The translations under genes and the position numbers were made by a program. Source: an uncultured bacterium (GTDB taxonomy: Bacteria > Zixibacteria > MSB-5A5 > CAIYYT01). Taken from it: a DNA stretch of 64,000 nt. Below the pieces are notes generated by a model. It ran no database searches. It saw only the letters and a program-made list of their open reading frames with translations, and had not been told where the DNA came from. Position 1 is the stretch's first letter. Every line of letters starts with the position of its first letter. This document shows positions 12,976-22,038 of this stretch, in pieces. The stretch is taken from positions 39,475 through 103,474 of the forward strand of contig CAVPQS010000080.1 of assembly GCA_963707485.1 (NCBI GenBank). The letters run 5' to 3'.

Positions 12976-13236
12976 TTAGATTACAACTGCACCCTTGTTG
13001 AGCTTCTCTAAAAACTCCGATTTGTTCATGTCACTCATTGAATCACACCGCGGCAGCATTTAGTCGCCGGGCGGAATGTTGAACGGCCGAAGCGCCGGTT
13101 GGATGGCGTCTTGGTCAGCGAGCTTCTCAAAGTCGTTGGCGTGATACTTAAGGACCATGTGAATAATCCAGCTTGCCACGAAAACAAACACTGCTGAGAG
13201 CGGAATCGGGGTCCCCAACGATGCGAGATATCCCAT
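12976..13236 (-). pseudogene. Truncated membrane protein of unknown function with in-frame stop
   Basis: MGYLASLGTPIPLSAVFVFVASWIIHMVLKYHANDF..NIPPGD*MLPRCDSMSDMNKSEFLEKLNKG; protein-like sequence continues in frame after a TAA. Confidence 0.55.
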
Positions 13237-13473
13237 TGTCGATACCTGCTATGATTTCTTATTTTGGCGTTTTACGATCCAGTTGATAATGCAGAAGCAC
13301 ATCTGGTCTCGGCATTTATAGGAAGTTGGCGCCGTGCACGCAAGCATTAAATCCCGCAGCTCCCCGGCGATGGTACGTCTTGAGTAAAGAAGCAAGTACG
13401 GCTCTTCAGGGCAAACAGCGACTGTCAGGTACGATTGGTTGTGGATCTCGAAATCGATCACCGCTTCCAAACA

Positions 13474-14772
13474 TCAATCGCCGGTCAACTCGGCGTTGGC
13501 AACCGTGCTTCTCCGCTCAAAACGTGTACCTACGTAATAGAAAGCAACAGTCACGACTGCAATCATTCCCGTCATCATTGCGAAGAAATTTCCCGGTGTC
13601 GTCTGCGTATAGACTCGAGCAAAGAAGCCGGCAAGGATGTCACCCAGAAACACGGTGAACCAGAACACTCCTGTGATCATTGATTTCATGCTGTCAGGAG
13701 CTTCTTCAAACGCAAGTTGCAAACCAATTGCCGAGATACACAGTTCCGCGGCCGTCATCAGAACATAGGCTCCCACTTCCCAAAGAATCGATACCTTAGA
13801 ACTGGTCGCCAGATATCCCGCGATAGTCATCAACCCCATGCACAGGATTACCAAGACGAAGCCGATGAGCATCTTGCGCGGCGACGACAGCGGCCGTTCC
13901 GTATTGCGGTCTGTCTTATTCCATAGCCAGGCAAAGAACGGCGACATCAGCACAATCAGGATTGGATTGAGCCCCTGAATCGCATCGGGAGGGATTCTTC
14001 CCACCCAGGTATCAAGAACCAGATAATCTCGCGCAAAAAGCGTCCAAGTCGAGTAGGACTGATCGAAGACCGACCAGAAAAATACAATAAGGAGGAAGAG
14101 ACCGGATAAGCGAACCAAAGTCGTCTTTCGCTCGTGACGTTGCTGCACAGTAATCACGGCTCGGGACAGGGCTCGGACATCCTCCTTGGGATAATGTTTT
14201 TTGCCCAGGTAGAAGACGGCGAGGGCAACCACCATCATGATCGTAGGCGCCATGAATGCCACGCTATAGCCATAGTGGTCTCTGATGAACGGTAGAACTG
14301 TCATCGTCGAGGCTGCGCCTATGTTGATCGCCATGTAGAACCAGGAAAATGCCTGCGACAAAAGATGGCTTTTGCCCTGCTCTTCATACATGCGCCCCAT
14401 CAGAGTGCTGATATTGGGCTTTATCGAACCGGAACCACCGGCCAGCAACGCCAATGCTATGTAGAGGCCAACCTCGGAATTGAATGATCCAAGGATGATG
14501 TGTCCCATAATGTATGGGATCGCAAAATAGATGATCGTGCGGAATTTTCCGAGCCAACGGTCGGCGATGTAGCCGCCGACAATTGGCAGCAGATAACAAG
14601 CTGCTGTGAAAAACGAAGCCACCGTGGAACTGTTGGCGTCAGAGTAACCAAGCTGATCAATCATGTAGAGCACGAGGAGTGCCTTCATTCCGTAGAAGCT
14701 GGCTCGCTCCGCCAGTTCGCCCCAAAAGACAAACCAGAATCCTCTTGGGTGTCGATTTGCCTCTAATGTCAC
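13474..14772 (-). CDS. POT/PTR family di/tripeptide:H+ symporter
   Basis: ELAERASFYG (ExxER motif), GGYIADRWLG, GSIKPNIS, FYMAINIGA. Confidence 0.9.
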   Translation of the reverse strand: MTLEANRHPRGFWFVFWGELAERASFYGMKALLVLYMIDQLGYSDANSSTVASFFTAACYLLPIVGGYIADRWLGKFRTIIYFAIPYIMGHIILGSFNSEVGLYIALALLAGGSGSIKPNISTLMGRMYEEQGKSHLLSQAFSWFYMAINIGAASTMTVLPFIRDHYGYSVAFMAPTIMMVVALAVFYLGKKHYPKEDVRALSRAVITVQQRHERKTTLVRLSGLFLLIVFFWSVFDQSYSTWTLFARDYLVLDTWVGRIPPDAIQGLNPILIVLMSPFFAWLWNKTDRNTERPLSSPRKMLIGFVLVILCMGLMTIAGYLATSSKVSILWEVGAYVLMTAAELCISAIGLQLAFEEAPDSMKSMITGVFWFTVFLGDILAGFFARVYTQTTPGNFFAMMTGMIAVVTVAFYYVGTRFERRSTVANAELTGD

Positions 14773-14818
14773 AGATTCTCGTTCTCGCTATTCACATTAC
14801 CTTGAGCCTTCATTGAGA

Positions 14819-17800
14819 TTAGTGTCCCATGCAACTCTGCGAAACATCGGTTCCCAGAACACCCTCGAGGTTTGGTCCCTTGTCGAGAGTCTTGCGCACT
14901 GGCGCAAGTTGCTCGAGCGTGTTCGCGTCGTAGAGACGACCGTTGATCATCACATACTGTATATTCTCAGATTGTCTCAGGTCACTGAGCGGGTCACCGT
15001 CGATGACGATGATATCCGCCAATAGACCGGGTTGAATACTTCCCAGTTCATTGTCAAGGCCAATTGACCTTGCGCCCATCCACGTCGCACACCGCAGCGC
15101 TTCATGATTTGTCATCCCGCCCTGTTGCAGCATCCAGAGTTCCCAGTGCGCGCCCAATCCCTGAAGCTGCCCATGTGCGCCAAGCTCGACATTGCCGCCG
15201 CGATGCAAGATCTCCGTCGCAGTCTTGGAGAGAGCAAAATGATGATACTCTGAATCAGGCGCCATCGTCCTCCTGATCGAGCGCGGATCAATCACATAGC
15301 GCGGAACGAATCGCGCCAGTCGCTGATTCTCCCAGACATTGCTATGCTGGTACCAATAGTTTTCGCCAAATAAGCCACCATACCCAACGATCAATGTCGG
15401 CGTGTATCCGGTACCAAAACGGCTCAACAATTGCAGTTCGGGATCATAAAGCGGCGCTACCGGTATGGTATGTTCAAGCGTCGTATGTCCATCAAGAAGC
15501 ATCGTGATATTGTTGTTCAGAGTTGAACCACCTTCAGGAATAACCAGGATTCCCAGTTCCCGGGCGGCTTTGATCACCATCTGCCGTTGTTCGCGACGCG
15601 GTTGATTGTAACTCTTTACCGAAATCGCACCCCACGCGGCTGTGCGTTTGATCGCGCTAATCGCATCTTGATAATTGTTGATAACGGTTTTGAAATCGCC
15701 CTCGGCGCCATACAAAATAAGGCCCGTGCTAAAAACGCGCGGAGCAAGCAGAGCTCCCTGTTTCTGAAGTTCGTCGGCGGCAAAGATCATTTGCGAATTG
15801 TTGCTGGGGTCGTGAATCGTTGTGACACCAAAGGCAAGGTTGGCCAGATACGACCAAATTTGTTGAGAATATACAGATTGATTGCTGCTTCCCACATGGG
15901 CGTGAACATCGATAATGCCCGGCATGAGTGTCTTTCCCGCAACGTCGATCACTGTTGCGCCTGCCGGCACCGTAACCATGCTTCGCTCGCCAACCTCGAC
16001 GATTCGATTGCCTTTCACGTGCACAATGCCATCAGCAATGATCGTCAGATCATTCATCGGCAAGATATTCGCCCCGACGAAATAGAGATCGGTTGTTGGA
16101 ACATCCGCCTTTTCCTGCCAGCCAAGGTTGACTGCAGCAGGCTTATATGCCTTGGACGTATCTTTCGTTGTGTCCGCAGCCATCTTTGCAATGTCCGCAG
16201 TGACGTAACCCGGTCCGAGGTTCCACGACACAAATCTGCTGTCTGCCGACCAGCTTAGATAAGTACCGGCATCCTTCGAGAGTTGTTTGATCGGTAAGTT
16301 CCTCATTCCGGGGCTAATTTCAATTGGGGTGCTTACGTTTGGATAAGGCACGACGTATGATTGCCACAATTCTTCAAACGCAAGCCAGTTTTCGTTCGGC
16401 GACAAAACGAAGTCCCCCGCATGTTCCGAAACTGCGTGAACGCGGCGATCCGATCCAAGTAGATTGACGCTCACGAGAGCAGACTTCTCGCCTTCCCGGG
16501 AGAGAAGATAGATTCGTTTGCCATCGCGTGAAAATCGCGGCGTTTCGCCCTCACGTGTGAGAAACTGCGGATTTGATTTGCCGTCAGAAGCGGCAAGATA
16601 GATCCCCGGTTCTTCTTGCCACAATCGGCCGCGGAAACTATCCCCACCGCCGCGATGAAAGACGACTGATCTCCCATCTGGAGAAAAGTGGGCTGAAACA
16701 TAATGCCCCGGCTCGGCAACCACGTTGCGGTCATTCTGGCCACTAACTCCAATAGCACGAATCGTGCCGCCCGTAGTATCGTTCCAAGTGACGTAGACGA
16801 TTTCTTTTCCGTCTGTTGAAAGCGCCGGAGCGAACTCATAATGATCTGTCTGCCGCGTCAATCGAACTGCCGTCCCGGCCGGAAGCGCTTTTTTGTATAA
16901 GTAACCGAGACTCTGAAAGACCACTTCGCGCCCATCCGGCGTAGTCTGCGGCCAGCGAATTACCTTCACCGGAAAATCGGGCCCTCCGGCACTTTGCGAA
17001 AATCTGACTGCCTGAGCAACGGCCTGTTTGACATGCACCCGAAACGGAATTTCCATCGGTGTACCTGTTGCCACATCGACTCGCCAGATCTTGCCTTTCG
17101 CCCAAATGACGATGCTCTTGCCGTCCGGCGTCCAATCAAATCCCGGATGAACTCCAAAGAGCGTCCATGTCTCTTGCTGGTCTTTATCAAGTCCATCCCA
17201 AAGGTGTCGGACACTATTGCTGGCATTATCGAAAAGAGACAGAACTGATTTCCCGCGCACGCGCCGCACAAACGCCACCGTTGCCCCATCGGGGCTGATT
17301 TCCGGCCGGCACGCGCCGCCATTTATCTCAATGATGTTGCGAATTTCGTCAGTCTGTAAATCGAGTCGGCGAATGACAAAGATCGTGCCGTTAGGATCTT
17401 TGTTGTATTGGAAATAGTCTCCACCGGACATATCTTCTGACCAATACAGGTACTTGCCGTCCGGCGAAAATACCGGCTCATTGGCATCTTGTTGATCGTT
17501 CTTCCTCTTGGTCAATTGGATACCGGAACCTGATTCAGGTATACGGTACATCCACATTTCGCCGGCGCCCATGCTGCGCTGGCTGGTGAAGTGTTTTTTC
17601 GCAACGAAATATTCCCCGCTTGGGTGCCAACTCGGATTGTTGAGTAGTCGATAGTCTTCCTTCGTCAACTGGGTCCGATCGCTGCCGTCGGCATTCATCA
17701 TCCAAATATTATCACCACCGTCACGATCGCTGGTGAAGAGTATTTTGCTTCCATCGGGGCTGAAGCGCGGCTGAACCTCGTAAGGAAGTCCCCCGGATAG

Positions 17801-18082
17801 CAAAGTGGCCATGCCGCCGGAGATCGGCACACTGTAAATATCGCCAAGTAAGTCGAAGGCAAGATTCTTACCGTCTGTTGAGACATCGACGGAAATCCAT
17901 GTGCCTTCGGTCGCTTCAAACTCAAGCGTATCGCTGGGCACATGAGAGATGCTGACATCCCACTTACTCGCGGTTGAGTCCTTCTTGGTAACTGTCGAGT
18001 CGGCGCTGCGCGCGTCAGACAACTGGAATAAAGCCAGAGAGCACGCCGCAAGCGCGACTGCGAACCTTCTTGATCTGATCAT
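14819..18082 (-). CDS. Exported amidohydrolase with N-terminal TolB-like (PD40) beta-propellers
   Basis: Signal peptide; repeated P.FSPDG..I.F.S units; PGIIDVHAH, KSYNQPRR, GAHGQLQG, ADIIVIDGDPL; GGAGG RBS before ATG 18082. Confidence 0.88.
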   Translation of the reverse strand: MIRSRRFAVALAACSLALFQLSDARSADSTVTKKDSTASKWDVSISHVPSDTLEFEATEGTWISVDVSTDGKNLAFDLLGDIYSVPISGGMATLLSGGLPYEVQPRFSPDGSKILFTSDRDGGDNIWMMNADGSDRTQLTKEDYRLLNNPSWHPSGEYFVAKKHFTSQRSMGAGEMWMYRIPESGSGIQLTKRKNDQQDANEPVFSPDGKYLYWSEDMSGGDYFQYNKDPNGTIFVIRRLDLQTDEIRNIIEINGGACRPEISPDGATVAFVRRVRGKSVLSLFDNASNSVRHLWDGLDKDQQETWTLFGVHPGFDWTPDGKSIVIWAKGKIWRVDVATGTPMEIPFRVHVKQAVAQAVRFSQSAGGPDFPVKVIRWPQTTPDGREVVFQSLGYLYKKALPAGTAVRLTRQTDHYEFAPALSTDGKEIVYVTWNDTTGGTIRAIGVSGQNDRNVVAEPGHYVSAHFSPDGRSVVFHRGGGDSFRGRLWQEEPGIYLAASDGKSNPQFLTREGETPRFSRDGKRIYLLSREGEKSALVSVNLLGSDRRVHAVSEHAGDFVLSPNENWLAFEELWQSYVVPYPNVSTPIEISPGMRNLPIKQLSKDAGTYLSWSADSRFVSWNLGPGYVTADIAKMAADTTKDTSKAYKPAAVNLGWQEKADVPTTDLYFVGANILPMNDLTIIADGIVHVKGNRIVEVGERSMVTVPAGATVIDVAGKTLMPGIIDVHAHVGSSNQSVYSQQIWSYLANLAFGVTTIHDPSNNSQMIFAADELQKQGALLAPRVFSTGLILYGAEGDFKTVINNYQDAISAIKRTAAWGAISVKSYNQPRREQRQMVIKAARELGILVIPEGGSTLNNNITMLLDGHTTLEHTIPVAPLYDPELQLLSRFGTGYTPTLIVGYGGLFGENYWYQHSNVWENQRLARFVPRYVIDPRSIRRTMAPDSEYHHFALSKTATEILHRGGNVELGAHGQLQGLGAHWELWMLQQGGMTNHEALRCATWMGARSIGLDNELGSIQPGLLADIIVIDGDPLSDLRQSENIQYVMINGRLYDANTLEQLAPVRKTLDKGPNLEGVLGTDVSQSCMGH

Positions 18083-18175
18083 TTTAAGGGAACCTCCAAA
18101 AAACTTGACCATCGATCCTTCACACTGAGCGGTTTAGGACTGATGAGTAATAGCGAGTGAATACATGGGCCTCTT

Positions 18176-18204
18176 AGTATAGCGGCAAAACGCGGTCTCC
18201 GCAA
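18176..18204 (-). promoter_or_regulatory. Sigma70-type promoter for the amidohydrolase-POT operon
   Basis: TTGCGG-17 nt-TATACT on the minus strand. Confidence 0.45.
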
Positions 18205-18468
18205 TCACATTTGTCGTGAGTATCATTGACGGACTGTGCAAAGCGCTTCCCAAAAGACAAGTCGTCAACGATGAGGCAACAGGTCGGGGCAGGAAGCTAA
18301 CCAGGTTTCGCCTGCAGAAACGATCATGACAGTTGAAGTCGATTGTAACAGTCAATAATTTTGCTACCATGCGCGTTCAAAGGACACGTATCATTCCAGA
18401 ATTCTTAATCGGGAGATTAGCGCTCCTCTGAATCAAGGAAGTTTAAGTAGATATAGGAGATAGATGTA

Positions 18469-19125
18469 GTGACGCTACGCTTCATCGCATCAATTGTGTT
18501 GGTGCTTGCTGGTGTTGCCTTTTCTCAAGAGCACACGGAAAGAATGATGGCCGATTCTGCACAGCAGACTATTGACGAAGCGCTGGTGCGATCCCGCGCT
18601 GCAATCGATGAATTCGGCGTGACAGACTCGGCAATGTCCACAATTCAGGGTATTCTTTCAGAGTTGGCAGCGATTCCGGGTATCAAGTCTCGCGGGAAAA
18701 TGAAGGAACTCCATGGCAGTCCGACCATGGGTCGGGCGTTGTTGGCTTCCGAAAACGATTCCGGGATTTGCCTCTATGTCTCTTGGTTTGCCAAAGACGC
18801 AGAAACACCGGTTCATGATCACTTGACATGGGGCGTCATTCGAGTCCTGGAGGGCAAAGACAAGTACAGACATTGGAAGCGCGATACCGATACGAGGTCA
18901 GGCGAGATTGTTGTTAACAAGACAAACGAAAGAATCATCAAAGCGGGCGAATCTGTTTATTGGTTAGGACCACCGAATGACATTCACAGTCAGCAGTCTT
19001 TCGACGTGGAAGTCTGGGAATTGGTGATGACAGGACGAGATTTGTCATCGAATTACGTCAGTAAGAATCAGCAACGGTTTGATACGAAAACTGGTCGAGC
19101 GATTCCGAAGAAGTCTAACGAGTAA
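18469..19125 (+). CDS. Cysteine-dioxygenase-like cupin with signal peptide
   Basis: TPVHDHLTWGVIRVLEG and PPNDIHSQ (3-His cupin); N-terminal signal ending AFS; AGGAG RBS. Confidence 0.7.
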   Translation: MTLRFIASIVLVLAGVAFSQEHTERMMADSAQQTIDEALVRSRAAIDEFGVTDSAMSTIQGILSELAAIPGIKSRGKMKELHGSPTMGRALLASENDSGICLYVSWFAKDAETPVHDHLTWGVIRVLEGKDKYRHWKRDTDTRSGEIVVNKTNERIIKAGESVYWLGPPNDIHSQQSFDVEVWELVMTGRDLSSNYVSKNQQRFDTKTGRAIPKKSNE

Positions 19126-19184
19126 GCTGCTGCCGTCATTAAAAGGCGAATGCAAGCGCTGAGTCCTATTTTGGTCCATGTTAT

Positions 19185-19210
19185 AGGAAGTGGGGGGAAT
19201 CGAACCCCAG
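19185..19210 (-). repeat. Degenerate copy of the ssrA 3' end (distal att of element C)
   Basis: AGGAAGTGGGGGGAATCGAACCCCAG versus TGGAGGTGGGGGGAATCGAACCCCCG at 54845-54870 (3 mismatches in 26). Confidence 0.9.
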
Positions 19211-19274
19211 ACTCGCGTTGCGGGACCAGAGCTTACCCGGCACTGTGTCCAAATTGTGCCCGTTTTTTGTTGAC

Positions 19275-20504
19275 TCATTGATTGTACTTTGACCAGAATG
19301 CGAATTTCCGCTTATGAATGGACAACAGTGTTGCTTTGTAGTTTTCATGCTCCGCGATGATGCCAAGGGTGACAAGCTTTGGTGCGATTTGATCGAGCTT
19401 GCGCAAGTAGCGGATGCCGTGCGAATAGTACTTGGATATTCCCCTGCGTAGAATCGAGTCCAACAGGGCGCGATAGATAATTGTAACTACAAGATGTCTC
19501 TCATGCCGTTCAAATGTTCTTGCCCACGATACGAGATCGGGATAGATTTCTCCATTGATTTGATCACGTCTATCAATCACATAACGCTCAGCTACTCCGA
19601 CGTATTCCGTCTCAATCAGAAAATCGACGTTTGAGTAATTGAGCACGGTGTCTTGTTGAATCAGCTCGATTTCCCCATTCAGAACGTCGTCTTTCTGCTC
19701 CTGACCAACCGCGCTGAGCAACAACGAAAGTGTTTCGGCACTTCGGTACCGTCGAAAAATGCGCCACGCTGCTTGCTCTGCCCGGGACTGGTCCCCGATT
19801 CTTGTGGCAATATTCAGCAATAGGCGGTCTCTCGCGTCAGCCATGACCGTCTCCTCAGGCGGAACCCTTTCAAGCCAGCGGAGTGCGGTAATGGTGTCAC
19901 CAGATTCGAAATACACTTCAGCTATGTCTATGCAGGCCGCGGTCGACAAATCGGGCCACATCGTACGCCGCGCTCTTTCAAACAGCCCTGCATCCTTCAA
20001 TTGGCGGGCAATCATCTCAACGCTGAGGAACCAATGGCGTCTGCGGTATTCGCCTGACTCTTGTAATGCCAGTTCCCAGAATTCATCAGCCATGCGTCTG
20101 AGCCATGGTTCCGTCAGAAAGCTGTTTGCGGCTTCAATCAGAAAATCTCGAACCCCATATTCATCCTGCCGGTATAGACCCAGTATGACGTCATACAGCC
20201 ACCCTTTGTCCTCGCATTGGATGGCGTATCGCACAAAGAAATCCCGGGCCGAATATTTATAAACGTCACCGATTGAACCGTTTGAATCATCTGAATTTCC
20301 GAGCACTGCGCCATCTGTCTCTATGAACTCTCGTATCAGTTCGATTCCGTGCCGCGGATTCTCCACTACACTTTCTATCTCTTCAAGCACTGCTTCCAAC
20401 TCATGCGCGAACGGACCTGATTCACGGTAGTCGATAAACCTCTGCCGGCTCTTCAATGAGGCAAGCCGTCTTTTGACGCTCTTGAGTAGTAGCGCTTCGC
20501 TCAT
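19275..20504 (-). CDS. DUF6880-like helical-repeat protein
   Basis: VKRRLASLKSRQRFIDYRES..NSDDSNGSIGDVY..DEYGVRD..IYRALLDSILRRG.SKYYSHG..YL..H.RK.AFW. Confidence 0.65.
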   Translation of the reverse strand: MSEALLLKSVKRRLASLKSRQRFIDYRESGPFAHELEAVLEEIESVVENPRHGIELIREFIETDGAVLGNSDDSNGSIGDVYKYSARDFFVRYAIQCEDKGWLYDVILGLYRQDEYGVRDFLIEAANSFLTEPWLRRMADEFWELALQESGEYRRRHWFLSVEMIARQLKDAGLFERARRTMWPDLSTAACIDIAEVYFESGDTITALRWLERVPPEETVMADARDRLLLNIATRIGDQSRAEQAAWRIFRRYRSAETLSLLLSAVGQEQKDDVLNGEIELIQQDTVLNYSNVDFLIETEYVGVAERYVIDRRDQINGEIYPDLVSWARTFERHERHLVVTIIYRALLDSILRRGISKYYSHGIRYLRKLDQIAPKLVTLGIIAEHENYKATLLSIHKRKFAFWSKYNQ

Positions 20505-20538
20505 ATAATCTCAATCCTACGATATCAGTGTTGGATAC

Positions 20539-20960
20539 TCAGCCCGTAGCCAAGAGAGCAAGGCATCCCGGCAAGTCGCGAGCAAGCTCCATCGCCTCAG
20601 CTACCTCAGATTCTGTAATTGTCCCAGCGGCATCGTAAGCGACGATTGCTCTCTTCCGGCTAATCGCCTCGAGCGACAGGATCACTTCCGGAGCGGGGTC
20701 AATCGTAGACCTTAGAGACTGGATGGTTCGATAGTGATGGCCCGTCCTCCGGGAATTCGGTACCGGCTCGCGTGAAGAGCAATTGTCGCGCTGCCGAGGC
20801 AGGCATTGTAGGCAATAGCAAGTCCCCAATCGAGGGTGATTTCCTCTTTTGAAGCTTCAGCGATATCACGATCGATTTTGTTAAGCAGGTCCCTGATTTC
20901 CTGGCGACTTGAAGTATGCCTTTTGAGCCAGCCGTTACTTAACCAATCTTGCAAGGTCAT
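20539..20960 (-). pseudogene. HEPN-domain toxin, frameshifted
   Basis: MTLQDWLSNGWLKRH..AIAYNACL..YRIPGG continues in another frame near 20745 as GHHYRTIQSL..RKRAIVAYD; overlaps the end of the MNT gene. Confidence 0.7.
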
Positions 20961-21573
20961 CTTCGTTTCCAACTACAAATAGCTTTTCGGAGCCCAAGAC
21001 GGTGTTGAGAAAGTGGTTCTCGTCCCGAACCTTCTTCGAAAACTCTTTTCTCGAATATAGTGTTGGATTAACTGGCCGCCGCAAGGTTTCTTCAACCGGG
21101 TTGAGAATGGACACCAGTTCTCGAAACGACAGTGAGCCGATTGCCATAACGTCGATGTCGCTCGAACTGCGGTCGGTTCCGCCGGCGATAGAACCATAGA
21201 CCCAAACCACGTCGATATTCTTCTCCGCTATCGGACGGAGCACGTCGCGAATGACATCAGCCACTCCGAATGTCTTTGCAGCAATCGATTTCAGTTCACC
21301 AAATACGGGGCTTGCTGGATTAGCTTGGTAGAATTTCTGAATTCCGATTGACTCCATGTTGAGAATCCCAGCTTCGGTAAGTGACTTCAACTCTCTCTGA
21401 ACAGATCCGGGCGTATCACCCAAGAGTCTCACAGTTTCCCTGAAATAGAATCGCTTATCTGGATTCAGCAAAAACAAAGCAAGCACCTTTCTGCGAATCT
21501 TTGGGAAGAGTGCTTCTCCGATGCCGGATCCGACCCCGAGATTAGTCTCTCGCTTTTTTGCCTTCAATGACAT
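20935..21573 (-). CDS. HTH plus minimal nucleotidyltransferase (MNT) antitoxin
   Basis: N-terminal wHTH (GSVQRELKSLTEAGIL); VYGSIAGGTDRSSSDIDVMAIG (GS..DxD); start uncertain. Confidence 0.85.
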   Translation of the reverse strand: MSLKAKKRETNLGVGSGIGEALFPKIRRKVLALFLLNPDKRFYFRETVRLLGDTPGSVQRELKSLTEAGILNMESIGIQKFYQANPASPVFGELKSIAAKTFGVADVIRDVLRPIAEKNIDVVWVYGSIAGGTDRSSSDIDVMAIGSLSFRELVSILNPVEETLRRPVNPTLYSRKEFSKKVRDENHFLNTVLGSEKLFVVGNEDDLARLVK

Positions 21574-21835
21574 CAGTAACGCATCCGATTCTGAATATGA
21601 ATCAGCCGATACTATTATCGGAACGATTGTACCTAATTCGAGATCACCGGTCAATTACAGAATTCGTATGTGATAGTGATTTTGACCCCGGCTGGCATGT
21701 GACCAAATCGTGACAAGTTTCGTTCCACGTTATCGCTTGTTATTCGCCGTTATTGTTTGGCGGACGGGGGTTCTTGAAATTCGTCCGACTACAGTAGTCG
21801 CTGTACCTGATTGGATAACATAAGCTTAAAATAAT

Positions 21836-21849
21836 TGGAGGTGGGGGGA
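21836..21849 (-). repeat. 14-bp copy of the ssrA 3' end (C/B junction att)
   Basis: TGGAGGTGGGGGGA identical to 54845-54858. Confidence 0.85.
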
Positions 21850-22038
21850 GACGAAAATGGCCATCTTGGTAACTTCTTGACAACCACAGACTTGCAGCGC
21901 AACTAATTGAACGGCAGCACTTTTCAGCTTTTATTTGGTTTTGTTTGCTTCTGGAAAATGAGCCTGTTTTACACGCAAGTTGGCACAAATTTGGCACAAA
22001 CTACATTGGTCAAACTGCCCATTCCAAGCTCATGAAGG

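Larger units (their letters stand above)
19185..21849. mobile_element. Element C: integrase-less att-bounded islet (about 2.7 kb)
   Basis: Bounded by ssrA 3'-end copies; left end homologous to 25251-25333 and right end homologous to 54708-54858. Confidence 0.8.

Noticed and set aside
13249-13470. 73-aa ORF downstream of the POT transporter
   Set aside because: No RBS or recognisable motif; not supportable as a gene.
21980-22001. TTGGCACAAATTTGGC as a sigma54 promoter
   Set aside because: It fits GG-N10-GC but faces the 3' end of a convergent gene; better explained as an 11-bp-pitch arm repeat with a counterpart at 25123.
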